A DNA stretch of 64,000 bases from a virus (lineage: Duplodnaviria; Caudoviricetes). Under the pieces are notes generated by a model. The model made no database searches, was not told where the DNA came from, and saw only the letters and a list, made by a program, of their open reading frames with translations. Positions 17,703 to 26,921 of the stretch are shown piece by piece. The DNA lies in IMG/VR virus record IMGVR_UViG_3300001336_000005, positions 7,034 to 71,033 of that record; one strand, written 5' to 3'. The translations under genes were made by a program, and so were the position numbers. Positions within the stretch are counted from its first letter, which is position 1. Every line of letters starts with the position of its first letter.

Positions 17703-20700
17703 TTATCCGCACTTAGAGTTTCCACAAGATAAGCAAGTTAAGCATCCTTCTCTAAATTCAAGATTATCGCTTCCACATTCAGGACAAGTTGCTCCTATTG
17801 CCTTTTCTCCATCTTTAATATATTTCTTCAATACTCTGCCCACAGCTTTCATAAAAGTCCCAAATTTAGGAGCCTTATTCCATTGTTTTACTATATCTTG
17901 CATTGGAACTCCGTTTTTTAATGCTAAAGATGTCATTCTACCAAGAGTTCCCCATTCATCATCAAACATAGAAGCTAAATCTTTTAATATAAATTCGCTT
18001 CTTTTACCTTCTATATGTAAATCATATAAATTAACTCCACTAACTTCTCTTCTAATTATTCTTCCTTTTTTTGCGTGTTTCACATTAATTATCTGATCTG
18101 GATCTTCTGTTATAAACAATTCATATGGTTCATCTGTTTCATCATCCAATCCAACAAGGGCAATAATTCTTTCTTTATCAACTTGCATTTCATGAATATC
18201 ACATTCTAAAATTTCTGGTCTTTTTTTATTTGTATTTTTTATTTTTTTCTTTCCAGTACTTAAAATTCCTTCCATTCCAGCACCTTCGTGAAAACTTGTT
18301 ACACCTTTTAGTCCTTTTTTCCAAGCATACATAAAAATATCTTTGTATTCTTCAAGTGTTGTCTCATAAGGAATATTTATTGTTTTACTAATACTATGAT
18401 CTATATATTTTTGAAAAGCAGCTTGAACGTCTATGCTTGCTTTTATTGGAATATCATGCGAAGTCACAACATAATCGTGAAGAGGTTTATCATTTCCAAA
18501 AAAATCACAATAATCTAAATAACCATTATCATATATAGTTTCATCTTTTTTTGTATCATTATCTTGAATTATTGTTCTGTCATATTGAAGACTAAAAATG
18601 GGTTCTATACCGGAACTACAATTTTGTCCTATTGAAAAAGAAACCGTTCCTGTAGGCGCTATTGTATTTAACCCTATATTTCTTAATCCATAATCTTGAA
18701 TTTCTTTTTGCGTTTGTTCTGATAATGTTGTTATAAAACCATACTTACCGATGTTTTCATCAAATGCAGGAAAAGAACCTTTTTCTTTTGCTAAATAGGC
18801 AGAAGTAATATAGCTATTTTCAGCTAAATTTTTACCAACCTTCTCTACAAAATCTATAGATTCTTTTGAGCCGTATTTAATACCAAGTTTTAATAAAGCA
18901 TCGCCAAGACCAGTAATTCCTAAACCAATTCTTCTCCAAGCTTTTGAAACAATCTCTATTTTTTCTAATGGATAACTTGCTCTATCTAAAACATTATCTA
19001 AAAATCTTACCCCAATACTTACCATTTCAGAGAATTTAGTATAATCAAAAAGTGCTTTATCTGTAAAAGCATTTTTAATTAAAGTTGACAAATTTATTGA
19101 CCCTAGACAACACAAAGAGTATGGGGGCATAACTATCTCCCCACAATTTGCATTATTTACCATAACTAATTTCGTATTGCCAGTTTTTGTTTCTGTATTA
19201 GATACAATTGTATTATAATTATGCACTTCATCAACTGTTCCATTATACACATCTTCTTTACCAATTATTCTAATAGATACTACTTTATGATTGTAAACCA
19301 ATCCATTTTTAATAAGTTCTTCTGCTTTATTAATTGAATATTCTTCATTCTTCAGTTTCTTTGTACTTATTTCAACTCCAAACCTATTTAATATTTCTCT
19401 ATTTAAGAACCTTTGATAACTTTTTTCTCTGACGGTTCTAAAATCTTTCATATGTGAAGTAATCAATAGATTATTTAAATCTTCCCCAATAGGTATTTTT
19501 TTATTTTCACTTACAAATTTAATGAAAGAGATAATAAAAGTTTCTTTTTTGCTATTCATTCTATCTTTTAGCGTTTTAGAAGATTTTTCCTTTCTTTCCT
19601 TTGAGGTAAATTCTACTCCACATTTTGAAGAACAATAAGATTGCTCTCTTTTATAATATTTAACTTTAAATGTCTTGCCGCAATTTTCACATATTTTTTC
19701 AGCATAAATACACCCATCAATAAAATATAAATCCAAATCACTTTCTTTTAATAGATTAAGATATCTATTATATTCTCTTGCTTCTTGTGGTTTATTATAA
19801 ATTTTATATCCATTCTCTATATTTATGGACTCTATGATGTTTTTTGCAGTTGTATTTCTATTTTTAAAATAAGGAGGTATATTGTTTTCAATACAAACAT
19901 TTTCATAATCTTTCCAAGTAATAATAGATTTATTTTCTTCAGCCCATGTTTTTAATTTAATTATTAAATCTGTTATAGAAAAATCAACATACCTTCCGTT
20001 ATCTGCTCCTTTGTGGGTAGCAAAATTTCTTTTCCATTCATCTGACATTTTATGATAAGGATTGTTTTCGCCAATCATCAGCCTACTATGAAGACTATCA
20101 TGTTCTTCTTTGGAAAGAGATGATAAATTACTTATAGAATTATCCAAGGAATCAAAATTTTTATGATGTATTACGTTTCTTTTTGTTATTTCTCCATTAA
20201 GTTCCTCAAATATAATTCGGTGCTCTGCCCTATTTTTATGTCCATCATTATAAAACCAATATTCAGTTTTTTCTTTTTCTCCTCCAAACATTTCCTTATA
20301 AGAGGTTTTCCATTTCGTATCTATCCATAAAGAATCTCCAATCTTTAACTCATCTGCTCTTACAAAAGATTTATCTTTTGTAAAAATTTTATGATTAGAA
20401 GTGCATTTTATAATAGAGCCATCATCTAGGGTTATTTCATAGATTTCTTTATTATATCCTGTAATTCTTGGATTTCTCATTACTCTTACAATAGTTTTTC
20501 CATTTTTATCTTTAGCAAAAACAGGAACGTCTTTTCCTTCTTCTACTAATTGCTTAAATGGAACACTTACCCTTCCATCAGCTACTGCTACTAATGTTCC
20601 TCCTACAACACATGGGTTGCATCTATCCACTCTAAATGCATGATGTCCATTATTATATTTTTCTATAGTATCAAGAAATAAAGCTCCTGGTTCATTATAC

Positions 20701-21413
20701 CACCAAGCATTCTTAGACAAAATATTATACATTTCTCTTGCTTTTATTATTCGCTCTGTTTTTTTTCCATTAAATTCAAATTCCCAGTCTTCATCGTTTT
20801 CCACAGCTTTCATAAACTTATCAGTAATACCAACACTAATATTAAACTGAGTTAATGTATTATTTTCATTTCCTTTTTTTGCTGTTATAAAATCAATTAC
20901 GTCTGGATGTGTGTCATTTAAAATTGCTATACTTGCAGCTCTTCTTTGCCCTCCCACTCTAATTTGTTTAGAAGCAGCATCAAAGACTTCCAAAAAAGAT
21001 AAGGGACCACTAGATTCTCCACCTTTACTAATTGGCGAACCAGATGGTCTTAATTTACTAACATTAAAACCAACACCTCCACCAACTGATTGGATTGTCA
21101 TATATTCTTTTATTGAATTAGTAATACCATTCATACTATCTTCAATATCAATAGTAAAACAGTTATTGTAATTCTTCATTGGTGAATTTGGCCTAGCATT
21201 TGCTAAAATTCTACCACCTGGAATAAAATATCCATTAACAATAGCATCGTAAAACTTTTCTTCCCATTTTTTTTGCTTTTCCGGTGTTTTTTCTGCAAGT
21301 GATATTTCTTTAGCCACGCCTTTAAATACTTCTTCAGGCGTAGTTTCTCCGTGTAAACAGTATTTTCTGTTAAAAATCTCTTCGCTAATTTTCTGTTTAA
21401 ATTTAAAACTCAC
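17703..21413 (-). CDS. nrdJ: Class II (B12-dependent) ribonucleotide reductase with an intein
   Basis: PGGRIL, NCF, GGGVGFN.S.LRP, GGQRRAA, NP|C|GEI, RRIGLG.TGL, TIAPTGT, SSGIEP; C-terminal TSCPD-like domain and Cys4 ribbon typical of NrdJ. Confidence 0.9.
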   Translation of the reverse strand: MSFKFKQKISEEIFNRKYCLHGETTPEEVFKGVAKEISLAEKTPEKQKKWEEKFYDAIVNGYFIPGGRILANARPNSPMKNYNNCFTIDIEDSMNGITNSIKEYMTIQSVGGGVGFNVSKLRPSGSPISKGGESSGPLSFLEVFDAASKQIRVGGQRRAASIAILNDTHPDVIDFITAKKGNENNTLTQFNISVGITDKFMKAVENDEDWEFEFNGKKTERIIKAREMYNILSKNAWWYNEPGALFLDTIEKYNNGHHAFRVDRCNPCVVGGTLVAVADGRVSVPFKQLVEEGKDVPVFAKDKNGKTIVRVMRNPRITGYNKEIYEITLDDGSIIKCTSNHKIFTKDKSFVRADELKIGDSLWIDTKWKTSYKEMFGGEKEKTEYWFYNDGHKNRAEHRIIFEELNGEITKRNVIHHKNFDSLDNSISNLSSLSKEEHDSLHSRLMIGENNPYHKMSDEWKRNFATHKGADNGRYVDFSITDLIIKLKTWAEENKSIITWKDYENVCIENNIPPYFKNRNTTAKNIIESINIENGYKIYNKPQEAREYNRYLNLLKESDLDLYFIDGCIYAEKICENCGKTFKVKYYKREQSYCSSKCGVEFTSKERKEKSSKTLKDRMNSKKETFIISFIKFVSENKKIPIGEDLNNLLITSHMKDFRTVREKSYQRFLNREILNRFGVEISTKKLKNEEYSINKAEELIKNGLVYNHKVVSIRIIGKEDVYNGTVDEVHNYNTIVSNTETKTGNTKLVMVNNANCGEIVMPPYSLCCLGSINLSTLIKNAFTDKALFDYTKFSEMVSIGVRFLDNVLDRASYPLEKIEIVSKAWRRIGLGITGLGDALLKLGIKYGSKESIDFVEKVGKNLAENSYITSAYLAKEKGSFPAFDENIGKYGFITTLSEQTQKEIQDYGLRNIGLNTIAPTGTVSFSIGQNCSSGIEPIFSLQYDRTIIQDNDTKKDETIYDNGYLDYCDFFGNDKPLHDYVVTSHDIPIKASIDVQAAFQKYIDHSISKTINIPYETTLEEYKDIFMYAWKKGLKGVTSFHEGAGMEGILSTGKKKIKNTNKKRPEILECDIHEMQVDKERIIALVGLDDETDEPYELFITEDPDQIINVKHAKKGRIIRREVSGVNLYDLHIEGKRSEFILKDLASMFDDEWGTLGRMTSLALKNGVPMQDIVKQWNKAPKFGTFMKAVGRVLKKYIKDGEKAIGATCPECGSDNLEFREGCLTCLSCGNSKCG
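19146..20612 (-). mobile_element. Contiguous 489-aa intein with an HNH endonuclease, inserted just before the RNR radical Cys
   Basis: CVVGGTLVAVADG start, CTSNHKIF block B, EHR...IHHKNFD.LDN...NL HNH, VYNGTVDEVHNY block F, ends NAN|CGE. Confidence 0.92.
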
Positions 21414-21422
21414 TTCTTCTCC

Positions 21423-21653
21423 TTATAAGTTCTTTTTAGCTAATTTTTGCTCCTCTAAAGCTATTTTTACTATTTTTTTTAGCTCTTTAGATAAAACAGA
21501 GCTTATTTCTCTTGACATTTTTTCTGTTTCAGCTTTTAGAGTTTCATAGTCTTCTATTTCTTTTTCTATTTCAAAAGAAGCATTTATATCAACTGCTTCA
21601 TATTGCCTTGGAAATAATTTAAATCCCAAAGTATTTCCTAATTTTATTTTCAT
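21423..21653 (-). CDS. Hypothetical protein
   Basis: 76-aa ORF with GGAG SD. Confidence 0.6.
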   Translation of the reverse strand: MKIKLGNTLGFKLFPRQYEAVDINASFEIEKEIEDYETLKAETEKMSREISSVLSKELKKIVKIALEEQKLAKKNL

Positions 21654-21701
21654 ATTCTCTCCTTAATTTTATAAATATTTTTTTCCAAGCAAGTAATAAT
21701 T

Positions 21702-22982
21702 TTACAAAAAATATTGAAATACATAATCTGGACTTCTTGAATCAGATAAAAATCTTTCAAAAAGTAATCCAAATCTTAATGGATCTATTGTAGTTATTCC
21801 TAGAGCATATAACACTAAACTACCAGCTCCAGAACCTCTTCCAGCTCCAGCCATTAGTCCTTCTTTTTTAGTAGCTCTAAAAATATCTTCAAGTATTAAT
21901 ACATAACTTGCCATTCCTTTTCTTAGCAACACTTCAAGTTCTTTTTCCAATCTATCTCTATATTCTTTATCTACTTCTTCTAAAGTTTTCTTATTTAATT
22001 TTTTTATTAAACCTTCTCTTGCTAATTTTATTAAATTTTTACTATCATTTTCTGTTACTGTTGGAAGAATCATTTTTGTTCTTTCTGGAATTCTAACATT
22101 GCATCTTTTAGAAATTTCATAAGCATTATTACAAAGATCTTCTATATATTCATCAGAATATCCATAATTCCACTTCTTATTAAAAATTTTGTAATCATCA
22201 ATTGTATGATAAAAAAGATGTTTTCCTTCAAGTTCAAATTTAATATTATCATAAGTAGAGCCGTCTTGTATACCTAATGAAACTGTTTGTAACCAATCAT
22301 CACCATCATTTAAATAATGAACATCACCAGTTAAAACTTTTGTAATTCCATATTTATCTGCTAAACTTTCCATAAAACTATTTATAGTTTTTTGTCCTTC
22401 GATTGCTCCTTGAACTTTTTCTTCGCTAATAATTTCATTTAACTGCAATTCTGTATAAAAATTATTTTTTCCAAACTTTTCTATGAACTTATTATATAAG
22501 ACTTCTGCCTCTTCTTCTTTCCCCTCTCTAAATAATCTAGAAAAAGGAGAAGCCATACATGCTGTTCCAACAATCAGTCCTTCAGAATGAGCAAATAATT
22601 CTTCAAAAGTTATGTGATTTCTATAATAAAAATGATCTGTATCATTCATAGATATATAATTTAATTTTAATAAATTTTTATACCCTATTTGATTTTCTGC
22701 TAATAATATGATATGATTATTAGGAATTCTTTGTCTTTTTCCTTTTTCATCTAATATCATTAGTTTATCATTAATATACATTTCAACACCAAATACAGGA
22801 ATTAAATCAAATTTATCACAAGCTTTTTGATGGTCATAAAATCCACTTAATTTACCGTGGTCTGTTAGTGCTAAATGAGTATGTCCTAGTTCTTTTGCTT
22901 TTTTTGCGTAATCCTCAGAAGATGCTACCGCATCTAAACGACTTCCAGCATTAGCGTGAATATGTAATTGTGTAAAATTCAT
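21702..22982 (-). CDS. dnaE: DnaE fragment 1: PHP domain plus N-part of the palm
   Basis: LHIH..GSRLD, ALTDHG, GVEMY, HIILLAEN.IGYKNL, TGDVHY, GRGSGAGSLV.YALGIT.IDP...LLFERFL..RSPD, then a stop. Confidence 0.95.
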   Translation of the reverse strand: MNFTQLHIHANAGSRLDAVASSEDYAKKAKELGHTHLALTDHGKLSGFYDHQKACDKFDLIPVFGVEMYINDKLMILDEKGKRQRIPNNHIILLAENQIGYKNLLKLNYISMNDTDHFYYRNHITFEELFAHSEGLIVGTACMASPFSRLFREGKEEEAEVLYNKFIEKFGKNNFYTELQLNEIISEEKVQGAIEGQKTINSFMESLADKYGITKVLTGDVHYLNDGDDWLQTVSLGIQDGSTYDNIKFELEGKHLFYHTIDDYKIFNKKWNYGYSDEYIEDLCNNAYEISKRCNVRIPERTKMILPTVTENDSKNLIKLAREGLIKKLNKKTLEEVDKEYRDRLEKELEVLLRKGMASYVLILEDIFRATKKEGLMAGAGRGSGAGSLVLYALGITTIDPLRFGLLFERFLSDSRSPDYVFQYFL

Positions 22983-23078
22983 GTAACTTCTCCTGTATAT
23001 AAAATAACAAATAATTTATTTTTTGTCAAATTTATTTAGTAAAGATAAATAATAAGTACTTAAAAAATCGGAGTTAAT

Positions 23079-24731
23079 ATGATTGATTTTAAAGAATATA
23101 TAATGCTTAATGAAAGCATAATTTATCCAAATTGGAATTATGGAGTTAGTACTAAAAACTTCTTAGAAAATAAAGGAAATAGAGCAAAAGCTTTAGCATA
23201 CTTAGAAAGCTTAGCAAGAGATAAAAAAGAAGGAAAAGAAATACTTGATAAATTTCAAAATGATTATTATAAAATTTATAAAGGAAATCTTGATGCCACT
23301 AAAAAACTTATTAATGAAAAAAGCAAGGAAATTTTAGACATAGCATTATCTTTAAAAATTTTAGGAATAGCTCTGATTTTAGCTAAAAAAGGCGAAGAAC
23401 ATGTTAAAACAGTAGGGCAAATAGAAGGTGGTCCCTCTACAACATTAACAAAAGAAAGAATAGAAAAGGTTATTTTTGAGGTATTTGAAACCAACAAAGG
23501 AACAATAACAAAAAGAAAAAACATGGGGAATATATGGTTTACTCCTTATGAACCATCAAAAAAAGATGACAAATCCCCAACCACTAGGGTATTCAATCAA
23601 ATAAGAAAATCTAGAATGAATATGAATGTTTCTGAAAAAGAGGGAAATATTAATGTTGTTTTTACTAAAGATGGCAAAGTAATAAAAACTCAAGAAACTA
23701 AATTTTTTAATAATGATGGAAAACCTATTAATATTTTTGAAAATCCAAACGCCTTTGAAGAAAATAAAAACAAAGACTTAATGTTTAAAGATAAAGATGG
23801 AAATAATATAAAGGTTTTTAAAGAAAATCCTTTAATAAACAAATCACAAAACAAAGAGCAAGAAAAAGAAAAAGAAGAAACTCCTAAAGAGCAAGGGCAA
23901 GAGCAAGAAAAAGAAAAAGAAAAAGAAGAAACTCCTAAAGAGCAAGAAAAAGAAAAAGAAGAAACTCCTAAAGAGCAAGAAAAAACTTCAGATGATATGA
24001 AATTAGCAAGGGAGTCAAGACCAAAAGACATAAACATACCTGTTAGAAAAAATGAATTTGGCAATATTAATGAATTATCAGAAAATGTTAAAGAAGGTAT
24101 AAATAAAGCAACAAATATTAAAAAACAATTTTATGAAATGGCTAATGAATATTTAAAAATAGCTTTTGATAAGTTATTTATATCAAAATTTAATACCTAT
24201 GAAAAAGCTGAAGGAGCACTACCTGAAGTAAAAGCTTATTCAATAAAAGAAATAAATCCTATAAAATTAAAAGTTATAAATATCATAGATAAATTTGAAA
24301 GAATATTTACAGATAGAGTTAATAAAATTATAAAACAAGAAAAAAACTTTACTAAATATGCTCAACCTACTGAAAAAGCAAAAGGCAATGCAAATATAAA
24401 TATAGAAATAAATAATTTAAATAGTGATTTAGCTGTTATGAAAAATGAATTATATAAAGCAACTAAATTAAGTATAGCAGAAACTAAGGGATTTAAGAAA
24501 ATAAGAACAGAAAGAAAAAAAGAAGCTAAAGAAACAGCTAAAAAAGCAAAAATGTCTTCTAGCAGAAGAGCTGCTTATGAAAAAAGAATAGCAAAAAGAG
24601 AAGATAGAAAAGATATTTCTGGAGCTAAAGCTGAACAAACTAAAGAAAAAATAGAAACCTACGCTGCGGAAAAAATAAGTCCCAAATTAAATATTATTCA
24701 ACAAAGATTGCAAAAACTAAAAAGAAATTAA
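23079..24731 (+). CDS. Large K/E-rich protein, putative internal head protein
   Basis: Starts MIDFKEYIMLNES; late motif at 23039-23048; internal KEQEKEKEETP repeats. Confidence 0.6.
   Translation: MIDFKEYIMLNESIIYPNWNYGVSTKNFLENKGNRAKALAYLESLARDKKEGKEILDKFQNDYYKIYKGNLDATKKLINEKSKEILDIALSLKILGIALILAKKGEEHVKTVGQIEGGPSTTLTKERIEKVIFEVFETNKGTITKRKNMGNIWFTPYEPSKKDDKSPTTRVFNQIRKSRMNMNVSEKEGNINVVFTKDGKVIKTQETKFFNNDGKPINIFENPNAFEENKNKDLMFKDKDGNNIKVFKENPLINKSQNKEQEKEKEETPKEQGQEQEKEKEKEETPKEQEKEKEETPKEQEKTSDDMKLARESRPKDINIPVRKNEFGNINELSENVKEGINKATNIKKQFYEMANEYLKIAFDKLFISKFNTYEKAEGALPEVKAYSIKEINPIKLKVINIIDKFERIFTDRVNKIIKQEKNFTKYAQPTEKAKGNANINIEINNLNSDLAVMKNELYKATKLSIAETKGFKKIRTERKKEAKETAKKAKMSSSRRAAYEKRIAKREDRKDISGAKAEQTKEKIETYAAEKISPKLNIIQQRLQKLKRN
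23853..23985 (+). repeat. In-frame low-complexity tandem repeat (KEQEKEKEETP, about 3 copies)
   Basis: Recurring aaagagcaagaaaaagaaaaagaagaaactcct units. Confidence 0.85.
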
Positions 24732-24754
24732 AAAAGCCCATATGGGCTTTTTTT
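24730..24754. terminator. Bidirectional terminator
   Basis: A6-GCCC-ATAT-GGGC-T7 between convergent genes. Confidence 0.8.
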
Positions 24755-26921
24755 ATGCTACTTTACTGAAACCATTTTCATCTTTTATTATTTTCATAAC
24801 ATTTTCAAATTTTTCTTTATATTCTTCTTTATGAGAAACTATAAATATAGTAGAATCTTTACTTATATCTTCCAGTAAATCAACAACAGCATTTACACCC
24901 TTTATATCTAAATTATTATCTAGAATTTCATCAAAAACTAATAAATTAGTTCCATTGTTAAACATAGTTCTTACCAACAAATATAATGAAAATATTATAG
25001 CAATTTCACATCTTGTTTTTTGACCAGAAGAAAATTCATTAAAATCTGCTTCTTTATTTCTAAATACTATAGTTTCTTTAAGATTTTTATCAAAAGTTAT
25101 TTTTACTTGTTCGTCAAAGAAGAATGGAAGATATAAATTAACTTTTTCGTTAAAAAGATCTATTGTTCTATTAATAAAATATTTTTTAAATCCAGAATCT
25201 TTATTGGAAAATATTTCAGCCATTTTTTCTTGATATAATAGTTTTTCAATTATTTTATTTCTTTTATCTTCAACTTGCTTTTTTTCTTTAAGAATCTTTG
25301 AAATATTATTTTTCATTTCTTCTACATAATCAATATCAATTGAAACTTTAACTCTTTCATTTGCCAGTTTAATTTCATCTTCTTTTTCTTTTATTTTTTC
25401 GTTTATGTTAGATGTTAAATTTTTTAAGTTTTCAAGATATTCTTTTGAATATTTTTCTTCTTTTAATAATCTTCTGCTCTCAAATAATTTAAACTCTAAA
25501 TCTTTTATTTCTTTATTTATTTCCTTGTTGTTTTCTTCTTTCGCATGTATATCATTATACAATAATTTATATTCTGATTCAGCTTTTTGCTTATTAAATT
25601 TAAAATTATTAATAAACTCAATATAAGAATCTTTTATTTCAACTGTTTCTTCAAAAATTATTTTTTCCAACTCTTGTTTCTTTTTTTCTAGTTCTTGTAA
25701 CAATTCTTTATATTTATTATTATTTTCTTTTAATTCAGAAATTATATTTTTATATTTAATTGTTATTTCGTTTAATATTTCTTTATGCTTATCTTTCTCT
25801 ATCCTCTGACCACAAGTAGGGCATGTTTCTATATTTTTTTGAATGTTTTTTATTTTAGCCTGTATATCTAGAGCTTCTTCTTTATTTTTCTTTAGAACTT
25901 CTTTCACATTATTAATAGAATAAGTTATTGAAGAAATGTTATTATTAATGTCCTTTTGTTTATATATTTTGTCTTTATTAATTTTTAATTTTTTTTCATT
26001 TTCTTCTATTTTCTTTTTTTCGGCTTCTACATCTATATTTTTAAAATTATCTAATTTTTCTTTTAATTCTGAAAGCTTATCTAAATCAAGATATTTCTTT
26101 TTATTAGTTAAAATTTCTATTTCATTTTCTATTTCTGATATTTTTTCTTTTATTTTTACATTTTTATCTAAATCATTCATTAATAGATTTATATCTATAG
26201 AATTAGATTCTGTAAGTTTTCTTTTAAGTTCTTCTAATTCTTTTTCAGCAATAGATATTTGTTCTTTAAAAAAATTTATGTTCTTTTTTATTTTTTCTTT
26301 ATAATTAATTAAGTTTAATTTAGATGTATCAATAGATGCCTTACTCTCTAAAAATTTTTCATTTATTAAATCGTATTCCTCTTTTGTTTTTTTATTGAGA
26401 ACTTTCAATACTTTATTATAAGTATTTATTTCTCCTAGTAAAAAGATAGATTCAAAAATTTTTAACCTATTTGATTCAGTTGCTCTTAAAAAAGGTTTGT
26501 ATATTTCTGAAGATAATATAATTGAAGAAGACATAGCGTTATAATCTATTCCTATAATTTCTTCAATTTTTTCTTGAGTTTTATTCATTCCTTTTAAAGT
26601 TAAATCTTCATTTCCTTTAAAAAGAAATAAGTTATTTCCGTGTTTATCGCTATTTCTATATCTTAATATTGTATACTCTTGATTATTAATTACAAAAGTA
26701 AGCATTACTTTACAATTTTTACCAGTAGTTTTATTTATAACTTTTTCTACTGCTACTTTTGATTTTCCATATATACACCAGTATATAGCATCAAAAATAG
26801 TAGTTTTTCCGGAACCATTTTCTCCTGATAATAATTTTATTCCTTTAAAATTAAGATCTATAGTTATTTCGTTATCAGGAAATGATTTAAAGTTTTTTAT
26901 CTTTATGTTTTTAAATTGCAT
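24753..26921 (-). CDS. gp46/SbcC/Rad50 ATPase subunit
   Basis: GENGSGKTT, CPTCGQ zinc hook, FSSGQ signature, LVFDE, VSH. Confidence 0.96.
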   Translation of the reverse strand: MQFKNIKIKNFKSFPDNEITIDLNFKGIKLLSGENGSGKTTIFDAIYWCIYGKSKVAVEKVINKTTGKNCKVMLTFVINNQEYTILRYRNSDKHGNNLFLFKGNEDLTLKGMNKTQEKIEEIIGIDYNAMSSSIILSSEIYKPFLRATESNRLKIFESIFLLGEINTYNKVLKVLNKKTKEEYDLINEKFLESKASIDTSKLNLINYKEKIKKNINFFKEQISIAEKELEELKRKLTESNSIDINLLMNDLDKNVKIKEKISEIENEIEILTNKKKYLDLDKLSELKEKLDNFKNIDVEAEKKKIEENEKKLKINKDKIYKQKDINNNISSITYSINNVKEVLKKNKEEALDIQAKIKNIQKNIETCPTCGQRIEKDKHKEILNEITIKYKNIISELKENNNKYKELLQELEKKKQELEKIIFEETVEIKDSYIEFINNFKFNKQKAESEYKLLYNDIHAKEENNKEINKEIKDLEFKLFESRRLLKEEKYSKEYLENLKNLTSNINEKIKEKEDEIKLANERVKVSIDIDYVEEMKNNISKILKEKKQVEDKRNKIIEKLLYQEKMAEIFSNKDSGFKKYFINRTIDLFNEKVNLYLPFFFDEQVKITFDKNLKETIVFRNKEADFNEFSSGQKTRCEIAIIFSLYLLVRTMFNNGTNLLVFDEILDNNLDIKGVNAVVDLLEDISKDSTIFIVSHKEEYKEKFENVMKIIKDENGFSKVA

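Noticed and set aside
16042-21702. Group I/II introns explaining the DnaE F1/F2 and F2/F3 gaps
   Set aside because: The gaps are filled by tightly packed ORFs with no room for a ribozyme core. F2 has its own promoter and start with a terminator upstream, and each fragment has its own start and stop.
13232-22982. DnaE fragments as a pseudogene
   Set aside because: All catalytic motifs are intact, the fragments have expression signals, and the split intein is complete. This is not formally excluded without dN/dS data.
23001-23029. Sigma70 promoter for DnaE fragment 1
   Set aside because: The TTGACA is perfect, but the box 17 bp away is TATTTT. It is plausible but too weak to list as a feature.
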